DNA of 32,000 bases. Source: Aliivibrio fischeri ES114. Lineage in GTDB: Bacteria > Pseudomonadota > Gammaproteobacteria > Enterobacterales > Vibrionaceae. Below are positions 1-10,978 of this stretch, piece after piece. The translations under genes were made by a program, and so were the position numbers. Location of the stretch: assembly GCF_000011805.1 (NCBI RefSeq), contig NC_006840.2. One strand, written 5' to 3'. Position 1 is the first letter of the stretch. Each line of letters starts with the position of its first letter. The notes under the pieces were generated by a model that saw only the letters and a program-made list of their open reading frames with translations, made no database searches and was not told the origin of the DNA.

Positions 1-1946
1 TTAGTCAATGGTGGTACCCAAAACCAGATAATAAAGACGAAGCTTTTGAAAAAATAGGGTATGCAAAATACTTTGAACCATTAGATATTTATATTGGTAC
101 AGGTGAATATGTTATTGATGTTGAAGAAGATATACAACAAATATTACTAGCATGGATATCTGAGGTTCGATATGGCGATGACGGTTATATATTTGTTTTT
201 GACCATTCAGGTAATATCTTATCTCATCAAGATAAAAGTTTAATAAATACGAATATTTATAATAAAACGGATATTAATCCTTATGAATTTATGAATACGT
301 TAAATTCAAAGTTTGATGATAATAACAGCCGCTTCTCTAAGTATTTAAATCGACTTGATGCATTTAATAATGGTTCTGATTCTCAGCTAAGCTATATAAA
401 AAAATACGATAAATGGGATTGGGTGATCAGTGGTGGTGTTTACACTGATACAAATAAGCGTCTTCTAGAGAAAAAAGAAAAAATATTAATTCAGCAAAAT
501 CAAGAAGAGTTGAAGAAAATACTATTATTAACATTAACTTTGGCGTTGATTCTTACTTTATTATCGTTGAGTGTTAGTAAATATGTTGCAATGCGCTTTA
601 ATAAATTTCAGGACCGAATTTGTAATGATTTTAAAGTGTTAGAGAAAACAAAAAATAAAATGCAATACATGGCTCTACATGATGGATTAACGCAATTACC
701 CAATAGGGTCATGCTAGAGTCAAGAATTGAAGAAGAAATTGTTAAAGCTCAGCAATCCGGAAAGATGATAGCTTTGATGTTTGTTGATTTAGATGACTTT
801 AAAAAAGTAAATGATCATTATGGCCATGATGTTGGCGATAAGTTATTAACGTTAATTAGCTCGAGATTTAGTCACTTTATTGAAAAAGATGAAATAGTTG
901 CACGTTTTGGCGGAGATGAATTTGTTTTTTGTTTTTCTAATTTAACGTCTCAACAAGATGCTGAGTTATGGGTTGAGAAGATTCAATCTGTTTTTGAAAA
1001 TGTTTTCTCTATAAACGGTAAAGAAATTACAACTGGATGTAGTATTGGGGTAGCAATGTACCCTAAGGATGCGACTTGTTCTTCTGAGCTTATTTCTAAA
1101 GCTGATATTGTGCTTTATAAATCAAAAGATGTTCATAAAGGTGCATCACTTTTCTTTGATAAAAGCATTGATGAGCAAGTGAGCTATGAATTTAGTTTAG
1201 AAGAAGAGCTAAAAAATGCGTTAGATAAGCGTGAGGTCACCTTAGTATATCAACCTCAAATTGATACTAAAACAGGTGAGATTTATGGTGTAGAGGTGCT
1301 TTCTCGATGGTGCAATAACAAATTAGGTTCTGTTTCTCCAGTTAAATTTATTGCTGTAGCAGAAGAAATAGGGATGATAGATCAGCTTGGCGATTTTGTT
1401 TTGCAGCAAGCGTGTGAAGATATTCAAGAAGTGATGCCCAATGGTACGAATGCCATTATGCTTTCAGTTAATATTTCACCTAAGCAGTTAATTAAAAAGG
1501 GATTTTTATCTCGTATTATGAAGATTGTTTCGAGAACAGGTATTGATGTGTCACGGATCACCTTCGAAATAACAGAAAATATTCTAATCAGTGATTTAAA
1601 AAGTGTATCACCTATTTTATTGGAACTACAGAAACTTGGCTTTGGTATTTCATTAGATGATTTTGGTACAGGTTATTCATCATTAAGCTATCTTAATATT
1701 TTACCGATTACAGAAATTAAGATTGATCGCTCTTTTGTAAGCAGTTTATTTACCAATGATCAAAGTGAATCTTTGATCAAAGCGATTATTGCTATCGGAG
1801 CTTCATGTCAAATGACGGTAGTGGCTGAAGGGGTTGAGACTAAAGAGCAATTAGAGAAATTAAAAGAGTACCAATGTGATTTGGTTCAAGGGTATTACTT
1901 AGATAAACCTCTTTCAATTAGTGAATTAAAAGCAAAATATGCATAA
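1..1946 (+). CDS. Cache-type sensor GGDEF-EAL dual-domain c-di-GMP signalling protein, 5' truncated by the window edge
   Basis: The track starts the ORF at 291, but the same frame stays open back to position 3 (SQWWYPKPDNKDEAFEKIGYAKYFEPLDIYIGTGEYVIDVEEDIQQ...), typical of a periplasmic Cache sensor region. TM segment KILLLTLTLALILTLLSLSVS; GGDEF motif (VARFGGDEFVF); EAL-type motifs EVLSRW, NISPKQL, FEITEN, DDFGTGYSSL, KIDRSFV, AEGVET. Stop TAA at 1944-1946. Confidence 0.93.
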   Translation, partial: SQWWYPKPDNKDEAFEKIGYAKYFEPLDIYIGTGEYVIDVEEDIQQILLAWISEVRYGDDGYIFVFDHSGNILSHQDKSLINTNIYNKTDINPYEFMNTLNSKFDDNNSRFSKYLNRLDAFNNGSDSQLSYIKKYDKWDWVISGGVYTDTNKRLLEKKEKILIQQNQEELKKILLLTLTLALILTLLSLSVSKYVAMRFNKFQDRICNDFKVLEKTKNKMQYMALHDGLTQLPNRVMLESRIEEEIVKAQQSGKMIALMFVDLDDFKKVNDHYGHDVGDKLLTLISSRFSHFIEKDEIVARFGGDEFVFCFSNLTSQQDAELWVEKIQSVFENVFSINGKEITTGCSIGVAMYPKDATCSSELISKADIVLYKSKDVHKGASLFFDKSIDEQVSYEFSLEEELKNALDKREVTLVYQPQIDTKTGEIYGVEVLSRWCNNKLGSVSPVKFIAVAEEIGMIDQLGDFVLQQACEDIQEVMPNGTNAIMLSVNISPKQLIKKGFLSRIMKIVSRTGIDVSRITFEITENILISDLKSVSPILLELQKLGFGISLDDFGTGYSSLSYLNILPITEIKIDRSFVSSLFTNDQSESLIKAIIAIGASCQMTVVAEGVETKEQLEKLKEYQCDLVQGYYLDKPLSISELKAKYA

Positions 1947-1974
1947 AAGCTTTTTGTTTAGAATATTAAAAAAG

Positions 1975-2008
1975 AAAGAGCAGTGATAATACATCGCTGC
2001 TCTTTTTT
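1975..2008. terminator. Rho-independent, probably bidirectional terminator between the convergent GGDEF-EAL and chitinase genes
   Basis: AAAGAGCAGTGAT-AATAC-ATCGCTGCTCTTTTTT: stem GAGCAGTGAT/ATCGCTGCTC (one G-U pair) with a T run on the right and an A run on the left. Confidence 0.85.
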
Positions 2009-2030
2009 ATTAAGTGTAATTAATCATTAA

Positions 2031-5000
2031 TTATAAGTTACACACTTTAGTCCAACTGCCGTCACTTCCTGGTTCTGCTGCTGTCCACCAATTTGCTTGG
2101 TAAATAACGTTATTGTGAACCACTTGATCTCCAGTGTTTGCGTGGCTAGGGTTACCTGCCCAATCTTTTTGTGGAAGATCTGGATAAGTAACAAGCCCTG
2201 TAGCATCACAGCCCGCATCAGGTGTACCGCCATTACCACCATTGTTACCACCAGAGCTTAAATCCGCTAGAGGTAAATCTGGTTGCTCAAACTTGAAGGC
2301 ATAATCAACGTTGTTGATATTGACTGTATAGTTTGCTGGACCAGAAATTGGTAGATAGTAAACCATATCCAGTTCATACACGCCGCCTGCTGGTAGTGCT
2401 TTCCATGCTGGAAGAGTGAAAGCAACACGGTGCATTGTTCCATCTAAACCACCAATATTGTTTGGACGAGTATGACCAGAAGCGATGACTTGTAAACCGC
2501 CACCAGATTGATCTTTCGCATTATCAGGAGCTGATACTGGAATATCGAACTGGAATTCAGTTCCTCCAGGAATATCTTGACCTGTGTTGTTTGTGAAAGT
2601 CACTTTTGGATTAATTGGGTAGTTTTGATCACCCACTTTAAAGCCACCTACGTTTACAGCAATATCAACCGTTTCTGTTGGAATAGCTCCTGTAGCTACT
2701 GTGTTGCCATATGGTGTTGCTGATTTAAATTTCTCATAAATCGCTTTAGTCATGGTGTTACCCATATGGTATTCACCATTACCTGTTTGACAAGCCGCTT
2801 CAGTTGCATCTACAGAAGTACGATTACCATTTGAATCCAGTACGTAACAGCTGTAATCCCCAGCCAGTTCCCAGAACATGATGCCACCAATCTCTTGGTC
2901 GATAACGTAGTCCGCTTTGACATTGATAGAGTCTTTATCTTCTGTTGATAAGAATACTTTTTTCTCGGCGTTCCATAACCATGGCGCAACAGCAACACTG
3001 TCATAGTGGCGAGTATAAGTGCCTACTAATTGATCTGCTGGGTCATTTGCTGGATCTAAACCATAGATATTTGCGTAAGAGCCAAAGATACCTTCTTGTA
3101 GGTTTTTAGCATGCCACATAGGGTTAGAACCTGCGCCCATTTCTTGGCCATATGAGTTCTTATCATGCCACATGTTATCGATACCTAGTGCACCGTAACC
3201 ACAATTGTTTTTCTCACCTTCACCAGTACCTGGTTCACATTTAGCTTGATCTGGAAGTGGAGCTCGACCCCATAAGCCATTTTCACCGCCAGTTACGCCT
3301 TGCCAGCCACGAGTATAATAAGGGACACCAATATTGATACGACCTGCCGGCATTGAACCGCGGAAGTAATGGTAAGCCCAATCAGTATTTAGATAACCGA
3401 TACCACCGTAAGCTTCAGTGCCATAAACATTCCATTGGGCTAGTTCAGAATCTTTACCTGTATCATATAGAGCGGCATTGTGACCAACATGGTCGTTCCA
3501 TGCGCCGTGTAAGTCATATGACATGATATTTACATAATCTAAGTACTGCGTAACATCAAATGTTTCCATGCCACGTAATAAATAGCCAGATGATGGAGCT
3601 GCGATAGTTAGCATGTAGTGAATATCATCTTGTGCAGATGCAACATCAAGTTTTTCACGTAATGTTTTCATCAGTACTTGATACGATGCCCACAGGTATT
3701 GGCGACGAGGTTCCATGAATTCTTTATCATCAGGGTTACCGGCACCAGCCATTGACGTAGGGTATTCATAATCGATGTCTAAGCCATCAAATTTGTACTT
3801 ACGCATCATTTCAACGGCTGATACTGCAAATTTTTCGATAGCTGCGTGGTTGATGCTGCCATCTGCATTGGTTGTCATGGTATAAAAACCACCATCTGCA
3901 ACACGGTTACCATCAGCACCGAAGTGACCACCAGTTTCAGCCCAGCCACCAATAGAGATTAATGTTTTAACTCCATGTTTTGCTTTAGCTGTCGCTAGTG
4001 CACCAAAATGGCCTTTAAATCCAAGTGCAGGATCAATTTCAACGCCTGCCCATTCTTTACCTGTCGCTGCATTATTTGGATCGGTAACATCACCGACATT
4101 CACTTTTCCATCTGAACCAATGCTTACGAAAGCGTAGTTAATATGGGTTAGCTGCTCCCAAGGGATATCTTTTACTAAGTAACTATTTTGTTCGTCGCCG
4201 CCATCACGCCAACTTGTAAAGTAACCGATCACACGACGAGGGTGATCAGCCCCCATTTTCTCACGGCCTTCTTTATCATAGATAGTACAGTAAGGCACTG
4301 TTACGCCTTCTGTTTGATATAAACCATCAGGACGACAGTTATCTGCAACTGGCAATGAACTTGTAACCGTTAAATTAGTGGAAGCTGAATTTGCGGTTGC
4401 GCCTAAATTGTCTGTCGCTTTAGCATAGACAGAAAGAGAACCTACAGCCGTTGTAGTGTATTGAAGGGTATAAGGGGCTGTTGCAGCTGTGCCAACAAGA
4501 GTGTTATCGATATAAAAATCAACTTTATCTATTGTGCCATCTGAGTCTACGGCATCTGCTGTTAGTGTAACGACAGAACCAAGTTCAACATTTGTTGCAG
4601 ATAAGCTTAATGTTGCTGTTGGTGCGATATTATCAGTAGGAGTATTTGTCACATTAATTGCAACAGAGCTTACTGTACTTTGTGCACCTTTATCATCATA
4701 AGATTGCGCACTAATTGTATGATTGCCTTCAAGAGCAGTCCATGTAGTAGAGTATGGCGAGGCTGTTACTGAGCTAATTACGACACCATCAACAGAGAAG
4801 TCGACGCGAACTATATTGCCATCGCTATCAGCAGCTGATGCTGTTAACGTGACAAGGTCACCTGTAGTGAGTTGTTCCGTTGCACTAGGAGATGTTAGGT
4901 CTACCGTTGGCGCTTCATTTGGTACTTCTCCTGAACATACTCCGAGATCTTGCCATGCACCCCATTCACCAGCGGTCGCGGGGTCATTATTTTGAGTCCA

Positions 5001-5192
5001 ATATTTGGCTTTATAGGCATTAGTACCTTGTTTTACTTCTTCTCCACCATTGTACACCTTCCCAGCATCCCAAGCCTCCAGTGGTGAGCAATCTACGGCC
5101 GCTTGAGCATTAAATGCCATTAAACAAGAAAGGGTTAGAGTTGAGATAGTAAATTTATAATTATGTTTTTTTCTTAAATTTGAATGTTCCAT
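2031..5192 (-). CDS. Secreted modular GH18 chitinase: signal peptide, N-terminal chitin-binding module, two Ig-like repeats, GH18 catalytic domain, chitinase C-like region, C-terminal CBM5/12-like module
   Basis: Signal peptide [16 protein letters not shown]; GH18 catalytic motif [11 protein letters not shown]; [10 protein letters not shown]; Ig-like repeats [10 protein letters not shown]... and [10 protein letters not shown]...; CBM-like [28 protein letters not shown] and [33 protein letters not shown]-like AAGGA upstream of the start. Confidence 0.93.
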   Translation of the reverse strand: MEHSNLRKKHNYKFTISTLTLSCLMAFNAQAAVDCSPLEAWDAGKVYNGGEEVKQGTNAYKAKYWTQNNDPATAGEWGAWQDLGVCSGEVPNEAPTVDLTSPSATEQLTTGDLVTLTASAADSDGNIVRVDFSVDGVVISSVTASPYSTTWTALEGNHTISAQSYDDKGAQSTVSSVAINVTNTPTDNIAPTATLSLSATNVELGSVVTLTADAVDSDGTIDKVDFYIDNTLVGTAATAPYTLQYTTTAVGSLSVYAKATDNLGATANSASTNLTVTSSLPVADNCRPDGLYQTEGVTVPYCTIYDKEGREKMGADHPRRVIGYFTSWRDGGDEQNSYLVKDIPWEQLTHINYAFVSIGSDGKVNVGDVTDPNNAATGKEWAGVEIDPALGFKGHFGALATAKAKHGVKTLISIGGWAETGGHFGADGNRVADGGFYTMTTNADGSINHAAIEKFAVSAVEMMRKYKFDGLDIDYEYPTSMAGAGNPDDKEFMEPRRQYLWASYQVLMKTLREKLDVASAQDDIHYMLTIAAPSSGYLLRGMETFDVTQYLDYVNIMSYDLHGAWNDHVGHNAALYDTGKDSELAQWNVYGTEAYGGIGYLNTDWAYHYFRGSMPAGRINIGVPYYTRGWQGVTGGENGLWGRAPLPDQAKCEPGTGEGEKNNCGYGALGIDNMWHDKNSYGQEMGAGSNPMWHAKNLQEGIFGSYANIYGLDPANDPADQLVGTYTRHYDSVAVAPWLWNAEKKVFLSTEDKDSINVKADYVIDQEIGGIMFWELAGDYSCYVLDSNGNRTSVDATEAACQTGNGEYHMGNTMTKAIYEKFKSATPYGNTVATGAIPTETVDIAVNVGGFKVGDQNYPINPKVTFTNNTGQDIPGGTEFQFDIPVSAPDNAKDQSGGGLQVIASGHTRPNNIGGLDGTMHRVAFTLPAWKALPAGGVYELDMVYYLPISGPANYTVNINNVDYAFKFEQPDLPLADLSSGGNNGGNGGTPDAGCDATGLVTYPDLPQKDWAGNPSHANTGDQVVHNNVIYQANWWTAAEPGSDGSWTKVCNL

Positions 5193-5720
5193 TTCATATC
5201 CTTAAAGGTAATTCAAAAATCATCAATCACTTTTTAATTGATGTGAAATAAGATTAGGATATAAAAAAAATTCTGCTAAGAATGATTTATAAATTACAAA
5301 GCGACTCGCAATAAAACTAATGTAAGTAAACAAGGTTACATTTGTTTTTGTATCAAGGTTACTTGTTTACCATGTACCTATCTGGTTAACATTGCTTATT
5401 GTTAGTAATAACCATTATTTTTCATTTATTTATTAAATTTTATATTCACCATTAAGGTGTTGAATTTAATGGTTTTTCTTTGTGTTTTTATGTTTAATCT
5501 GATTTAAGATATACGCTTTAGCTATAATAATTTAGATAATTTTCATTATTTAAATTAATTATCGTTTTATTTAAAGAGCCTATTTTTTTACTTTTTAACC
5601 CACGGTATAACACCGAAAAAAGCGCGATAACGTTAATTAGTTAAGGGAAGCGTTTTAGTTATTAGTATTCATTCTTCATGGTTGAGTTTATGAATGAACT
5701 TACTTTTATAAGGTATATAA

Positions 5721-7673
5721 ATGGGTTTGCTCCTTCAATATTATCGTAATTCTTTACAACTACGCTATCAGCTAATGGTTCCATTTATTGGTACCTTTAT
5801 AATATTCTTTTGTAGTGCTACATTTTTGCATACAAACCTTATTCGCACAGAAAATAATATTATGTCTTCAATGGTGAGTAATACTATTTCTGAAGACTAT
5901 ATTGAACTGGATAATTTGTTTTCGAGATTAAGAACTGCTGCAATTCGTAGTGAAATGTTCGATCCTGAGAGAGGACAAAAGGAATATAACGAAGCTTATC
6001 CTAAGATCTTAGAAGATAAAGACAAAGTGATTACTCGTTTAAGAAATATGGGGGAGTTAACTCGTCAGGATCTAAATGATTTAGAAAGAATTTCTCAATC
6101 TTTTGATGAATTTCATTCTATTTCAAAGAAGATGATTGATGAAAAAGTAGACGGACATAATATATTTTTAAACGTCTTGCCGTGGTTAGCTCCTTATTTA
6201 GATAATTTAGACGAGAATCATCATCCATCAAATGCGGATGAATGGCCTATTATTCGTAATAAGCTATCGGTGATATCTGAAGGGATTGGGTATAAATCTT
6301 CAGGTGTGTTTTATTTGCGTCTACAAGAAGATGGTGATGAGCTTCATGCATTGCTAGACCAAATGGAAGAATTGATTGAGCCAATGTATAAGGGCCCGGC
6401 TCTAAAGAAATTACAGACTGAATTTCTTGATGTATGGCGTAAAGAACTGACAACGTTAGAAAATATTACGTCGCGTTGGGTTGGGTACCAAGCTAAGCGT
6501 GCTGAAATTAGAAGTGTTGCTCGAGAACTAATTGATAATTCAGTTGCAAGCAGTAAAAAGTACTTAGAAAAGAACTTTAATAATACAATAGAAAATGCCG
6601 AAAATAGTATTGTTGTCAACATTGTTGGTTTATTAATTGGTGCTGTATTGGCTTCTATTCTAGTTACTATTTTAACTCGTATCATTATTTCTCAGTTAAA
6701 CTCAGTACAAAGTGTTATTCGTGGTTTAGCTGAACGTAATTTGATCTTTCATACCAATTTAAAAGGTGAGAATGAAGTTTCTCAGCTTGGCGAGAATACC
6801 GATATAACGATTAATACGCTAAGAGGAACAATTAAAGACCTAAACTCACATGGTCAAGAATTGGCATCTGCATCATTGCAATTACGTTCAGTTATGGAAT
6901 TAAGTGCAGAAAACAGTAGTGTTCAAAATGATCAAGTGAGCATGATTGCTGCAGCAATTACAGAACTATCGGCATCTGCAAATCAAGTTGAAGCATCAGC
7001 GAAAGCGGCGGAAACAAGAATGGGGGGTGTACAAGAGTTATGTCGCTTAGAGATGCGTTCTTCACGTGAAAATGGTGATCGCGCTAGTGCTTTGCAAGAG
7101 CAATTAAATGATACGTCTTTAGTGGTTGAGCATCTAAATAAAGAATGTGAGCAAATTGGTAATGTTATTGCCGTGATTCAGAATATTTCTGAGCAAACTA
7201 ACTTACTTGCACTTAATGCTGCAATTGAAGCAGCTCGAGCTGGTGAAATGGGGCGTGGTTTTGCTGTCGTTGCTGATGAAGTTCGAGTACTAGCAACAAG
7301 AACACAAGACTCAACGGAAACCATTCAACGAATTATTGAACAACTGCAAAGTAAATCGACAGATGCTCAGCAAAATATGCAACGTTGTTTATCTATGATT
7401 GATGAAACTGCAGCATCAGTATTAAAGTCACGCGATCAATTGTCGTCAATGAATGAAGCGATGGATGAGTTATCACAATCGAATGCTGAAGTAGCAACGG
7501 CGGTTTCTGAGCAATCACGTACTATGGTTGAAATTAGCGAGAATATTACAACAATTCGAGACATTACTAACCAAAATGTTGCGGGCATTGAAGAAGCAAC
7601 AGTGACAAGTACGCACCTATCAGAGCTAGCTGAAAAACAACAGCAACAATTGGCTACTTTTAGAGTTGATTAA
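5721..7673 (+). CDS. Methyl-accepting chemotaxis protein (TM - periplasmic ligand domain - TM - HAMP - signalling domain)
   Basis: TM1 [19 protein letters not shown]; TM2 [22 protein letters not shown]; canonical hairpin tip [44 protein letters not shown]. Confidence 0.95.
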   Translation: MGLLLQYYRNSLQLRYQLMVPFIGTFIIFFCSATFLHTNLIRTENNIMSSMVSNTISEDYIELDNLFSRLRTAAIRSEMFDPERGQKEYNEAYPKILEDKDKVITRLRNMGELTRQDLNDLERISQSFDEFHSISKKMIDEKVDGHNIFLNVLPWLAPYLDNLDENHHPSNADEWPIIRNKLSVISEGIGYKSSGVFYLRLQEDGDELHALLDQMEELIEPMYKGPALKKLQTEFLDVWRKELTTLENITSRWVGYQAKRAEIRSVARELIDNSVASSKKYLEKNFNNTIENAENSIVVNIVGLLIGAVLASILVTILTRIIISQLNSVQSVIRGLAERNLIFHTNLKGENEVSQLGENTDITINTLRGTIKDLNSHGQELASASLQLRSVMELSAENSSVQNDQVSMIAAAITELSASANQVEASAKAAETRMGGVQELCRLEMRSSRENGDRASALQEQLNDTSLVVEHLNKECEQIGNVIAVIQNISEQTNLLALNAAIEAARAGEMGRGFAVVADEVRVLATRTQDSTETIQRIIEQLQSKSTDAQQNMQRCLSMIDETAASVLKSRDQLSSMNEAMDELSQSNAEVATAVSEQSRTMVEISENITTIRDITNQNVAGIEEATVTSTHLSELAEKQQQQLATFRVD

Positions 7674-7700
7674 AGGACTTAAAACATCATAAAACTAAGT

Positions 7701-7734
7701 GGGTGAGAAATAATTATTTCTTGCCCATTTTTTT
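7701..7734 (+). terminator. Rho-independent terminator downstream of the MCP gene
   Basis: GGGTGAGAAAT-AATT-ATTTCTTGCCC, an 11-bp stem allowing G-U pairs, followed by ATTTTTTT. Confidence 0.85.
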
Positions 7735-7806
7735 ATTAAGAACAAAAAATGAAATAAGGCTAAAGGAAATCGTAGAGAAGTATTGGAATTTGCAAGCGTC
7801 AGATGG

Positions 7807-7912
7807 GTGGAAGCCCCAGCCACATCCCGGCACACACGTCGCCCGCTGCGGCTGCTCCCTTCCGGGCCTGACCGAGTTCACGAGTTAGTGTTGCGGGAGG
7901 ACCAGGGCCTCC
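7807..7912 (-). ncRNA. ffs: Signal recognition particle RNA (bacterial small SRP / 4.5S RNA)
   Basis: Minus strand reads GGAGGCCCTGGTCCTCCCGCAACACTAACTCGTGAACTCGGTCAGGCCCGGAAGGGAGCAGCCGCAGCGGGCGACGTGTGTGCCGGGATGTGGCTGGGGCTTCCACCC. It contains the conserved GGTCAGG(C/T)CCGGAAGG(G/A)AGCAGC apical loop and the closing 5'/3' terminal pairing. Exact ends are approximate. Confidence 0.95.
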
Positions 7913-7924
7913 ATAGATTCTGTT

Positions 7925-7936
7925 GTTCCTAGGAAC
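7925..7936. promoter_or_regulatory. 12-bp perfect palindrome GTTCCTAGGAAC just upstream of the SRP RNA gene (function unknown)
   Basis: Direct reading; 12 nt upstream of the presumed RNA 5' end. Confidence 0.4.
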
Positions 7937-8146
7937 GAGATGGATTATTCAACATGCACGGTGAGATTGCAAGTAGAAATAAATAAAAACAAACTAAGTG
8001 ACTAATAAATAAACGCTTAGAGTATGTTTAGGAATCATTGAAAAAAAGACATAGTCTCGATTTTGAGATCTAACAGTACTTTAGCCGATAAATGGAATTC
8101 TCTTGGTTATAATTACAGCACTTTAATTATTGTATAGAGGAAATTC

Positions 8147-8896
8147 ATGTCACAGTTAACCGCAACTGCATTATTTATCTCATCATTAAGCTTGTTGAGT
8201 TTTTCATCTTTAGCAGCAGAACCATCAGCTGATGATGGGGCGTTTAGTGGAGATGCAAAGATCGGTTTTATCTATACCAAAACAGACGAAACCTCAATGT
8301 CGGTTAATTCAGGAGCGACTCTAAAGTATGAAGAAGCACTGTGGCACCATAAAGCGGCCTTCTCAACTTACTACACAAAAGGTAATGAGAGTGACGATGG
8401 TACAAACAAAAATAAAACAGTTTATGATGTAAAATATGACATGACAGATTCATTGTTTGTATTTGGTAATGCTAAGTATGAACATGACCAATTTGCGACT
8501 TATCGTGAACAAGTGTTATTAGTTAGTGGTTTTGGTGCAACGTTAATTGATTCATCAAACTCAAAATTAGATGTAGGGGCTGGTCCGGGTTATCGTTATT
8601 CTAAACGACAAGCTTTTGATGAAGATTTACCAAACAATTCGGAAGATGAAGTCATTGCAAACTTGTTTATTGAAGGGGACAGCAAAATCACTGATGGTTT
8701 AGAGCTTGGTGGCGGTGTTCGTATGGATTATGGTGAATCAAATACAACAACAACGACTCATGTTTATTTAAAAAATAAATTAATGGAGAGCTTGTCATTG
8801 TTGATTGATGCTGAGTATATATACAATAGTGTTGTGGCGACAGGTAAAGAACACGATGAAATATATAGCACAATCAGTCTAAATTATGATTTCTAG
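8147..8896 (+). CDS. DUF481/YdiY-like outer-membrane beta-barrel protein
   Basis: Signal peptide MSQLTATALFISSLSLLSFSSLAAE; alternating beta-strand pattern (ALWHHKAAFSTYYTKG, SLFVFGNAKYEHDQF, DVGAGPGYRYS) ending in a C-terminal aromatic residue (SLNYDF). SD AGAGGA upstream of ATG. Confidence 0.8.
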   Translation: MSQLTATALFISSLSLLSFSSLAAEPSADDGAFSGDAKIGFIYTKTDETSMSVNSGATLKYEEALWHHKAAFSTYYTKGNESDDGTNKNKTVYDVKYDMTDSLFVFGNAKYEHDQFATYREQVLLVSGFGATLIDSSNSKLDVGAGPGYRYSKRQAFDEDLPNNSEDEVIANLFIEGDSKITDGLELGGGVRMDYGESNTTTTTHVYLKNKLMESLSLLIDAEYIYNSVVATGKEHDEIYSTISLNYDF

Positions 8897-9082
8897 ATAA
8901 TTGTTAATTATATTTAAGCTGAATGGTTATAGGTTTAATTAATTAGTTCGGATACATAATTGGCGTCAATATAACGGCGCCATTAATTGAGCTATTCATC
9001 TAAACTATTAGAGTGCGATCACTAATTTATTTTCTATATTTGATAAAATACCCATGAAAAAATTAGTTATTTATTAGGTTAC

Positions 9083-10978
9083 ATGAATCTCAAGCAAATA
9101 AAATATTTTATCGTTACATTTATATTAATCGGAGCTACTCCGATTTTTTATTTTTGGACACTATATCAAACAGAGCTGAACGCCATTCAATCTTTAAGAG
9201 AGACTGAGGCTAAGCATCAGCTAAATTATAGTCAAAATGCCATCAATGAAATCTCTTCAGAGTTATCTACTTCATTACGATTATTGTCAGACAGTCGTGC
9301 ATTATTGCAGTTTATTCAATCACCATCTTTAAAAAATAGAGCATTACTTGAATCTCTATGGGCACTAACTGCAACTAACTATTCATATATCTCACAAGTG
9401 CGTTTTATTGATACCAATGGTATAGAGCAATCTCGGGTTGATGATATTAATGGTGAAATAAAAGTTACCCCTATTTACCAATTACAAGATAAGTCTAAGC
9501 GTAACTATTTTCTATATGCACAAACATTAAAGGCGGAAGAGGTTGGTACTTTTGGTATTGATCTTGAAGTAGAAAATGGAAAAGTAGTTATACCTCTTCA
9601 ACCAACGTTACGTATTTTTACCCCTGTAGAAGTGGCTGATGAGCGAAAAGGGTATTTGGTTTTTAATTTAGATGTTTATGAAATAATTGAAGAGATTGAT
9701 TATTCGATCGATAGTCATTATAACCTAGAATTTGTTGACCTAGAGGGGTATTACCTAGCATCAAAAAATAAAGAAAAGATGTTAGGTAACCTTATAGAAG
9801 AAAGAGATAGTTTTAATTTATTGATTGAAAATCCTAATTTATGGAGAGCGATGGAAGATCGTAACATCCATAATTTCAAAGATAAGAAACATTTTTATGC
9901 ATTTAATAAAATAGCATTAGGTAATGGATTTGAAGGAAGCGAACTTTATTTACTATTAACAAGTAATATTAAAGTAGACTCTTCAGGTACAGATCATAAA
10001 TTGGCATTTATCCTTTATGAAACAATAATGGCTATTATCTTACTTGTTATCTTATCCGTTATTATTTCTCGATACATCGTAAAACATCGAACAACTAGCC
10101 TTGAAAGTCAATTAGCTTTAGCTGCCTTGAATGGTATGTCTTCGATTGTGATCACAGATAAGAACAACCGCATCATCAAGGTAAATGACGAGTTTACTCG
10201 AGTTAGTGGGTGGAAAGAATCTGAAGTGATCGGGCAATGTCCTTCAATCTTTCAATCTGGTGTTCATAGTGATGCATTTTATGCTGAAATGTGGCAAACA
10301 ATTCAAGAAAATCAGAGTTGGGAAGGTGAAGTTGTTAATAAAAGAAAAGATGGAACCTTAATTACTGAGATATTACGAATTCAAGCGATCATGGGTATAA
10401 ATGGTAAGGCTCAATACTTTATTGCTTCATTTGTTGATATTACTGCTCGAAAAGAATTAGAAAACTGCTTAAGAGAGTTGAGTGAAAAAGACATGTTGAC
10501 TCAGTGCTGGAATAGAAGAAAGTTTGAAGCTGAGTTTTCAAAATTAACAAATAAGCAGCGTTTAACGCCTGAAGTAAAAATGTCTTGTTTGGCTATCATT
10601 GATATCGATTATTTTAAACGTATTAATGATCAATACGGACATGATGTCGGCGACAAAGTTATTAAAAATGTCGCTAGAATTTTGCAAACAGAAAGTCGAA
10701 GTATTGATTTTGTAGCAAGAATTGGCGGAGAAGAGTTTGCTATTTTACTTCCAAATACAAGTTTGAAAGAAGCTGAAGTGATTTTAAATCGCTTAAGGGT
10801 TGCTATTCATCTTGCTGATGGTTCACAATCAGTAACCGTTAGTGGCGGTGTAACTGATATTTGTGATTGTGGTGAGGCAACTTACAAACGTGCCGATCTT
10901 GCCTTATATGAATCAAAAACGGCCGGTCGAAATCAAATATCTTGTTTTCCATCCAGTGAAATGGATCAAATCGCATGA
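9083..10978 (+). CDS. Membrane-anchored sensor diguanylate cyclase (periplasmic Cache-like domain, PAS, GGDEF/GGEEF)
   Basis: Two TMs (YFIVTFILIGATPIFYFW, LAFILYETIMAIILLVILSVIISRYIV); PAS-like segment NGMSSIVITDKNNRIIKVNDEFTRVSGWKESEVIGQ; RSIDFVARIGGEEFAILL, i.e. a GGEEF active site preceded by an RxxD-type I-site. Confidence 0.93.
   Translation: MNLKQIKYFIVTFILIGATPIFYFWTLYQTELNAIQSLRETEAKHQLNYSQNAINEISSELSTSLRLLSDSRALLQFIQSPSLKNRALLESLWALTATNYSYISQVRFIDTNGIEQSRVDDINGEIKVTPIYQLQDKSKRNYFLYAQTLKAEEVGTFGIDLEVENGKVVIPLQPTLRIFTPVEVADERKGYLVFNLDVYEIIEEIDYSIDSHYNLEFVDLEGYYLASKNKEKMLGNLIEERDSFNLLIENPNLWRAMEDRNIHNFKDKKHFYAFNKIALGNGFEGSELYLLLTSNIKVDSSGTDHKLAFILYETIMAIILLVILSVIISRYIVKHRTTSLESQLALAALNGMSSIVITDKNNRIIKVNDEFTRVSGWKESEVIGQCPSIFQSGVHSDAFYAEMWQTIQENQSWEGEVVNKRKDGTLITEILRIQAIMGINGKAQYFIASFVDITARKELENCLRELSEKDMLTQCWNRRKFEAEFSKLTNKQRLTPEVKMSCLAIIDIDYFKRINDQYGHDVGDKVIKNVARILQTESRSIDFVARIGGEEFAILLPNTSLKEAEVILNRLRVAIHLADGSQSVTVSGGVTDICDCGEATYKRADLALYESKTAGRNQISCFPSSEMDQIA

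Noticed and set aside
2027-2251. 74-aa minus-strand ORF
   Set aside because: Alternate frame inside the chitinase C-terminal coding region.
4723-4995. 90-aa plus-strand ORF antisense to the chitinase
   Set aside because: Shadow ORF opposite the repetitive Ig-like coding region; no recognisable domain or ribosome-binding context.
7701-7734. MCP hairpin as a bidirectional terminator also serving the SRP RNA gene
   Set aside because: On the minus strand the stem is not followed by a T run, so it is supported only as a plus-strand terminator.
7703-7888. 61-aa plus-strand ORF (MRNNYFLPIFLLRTKNEI...)
   Set aside because: Overlaps the MCP terminator and runs antisense through the SRP RNA gene; no protein-like features.
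8897-9082. c-di-GMP (GEMM) riboswitch upstream of the diguanylate cyclase gene
   Set aside because: I looked for the conserved CACGCA...GGCAAACC...GGNUACGCAAAGCC pattern in this and the other intergenic regions and did not find it.
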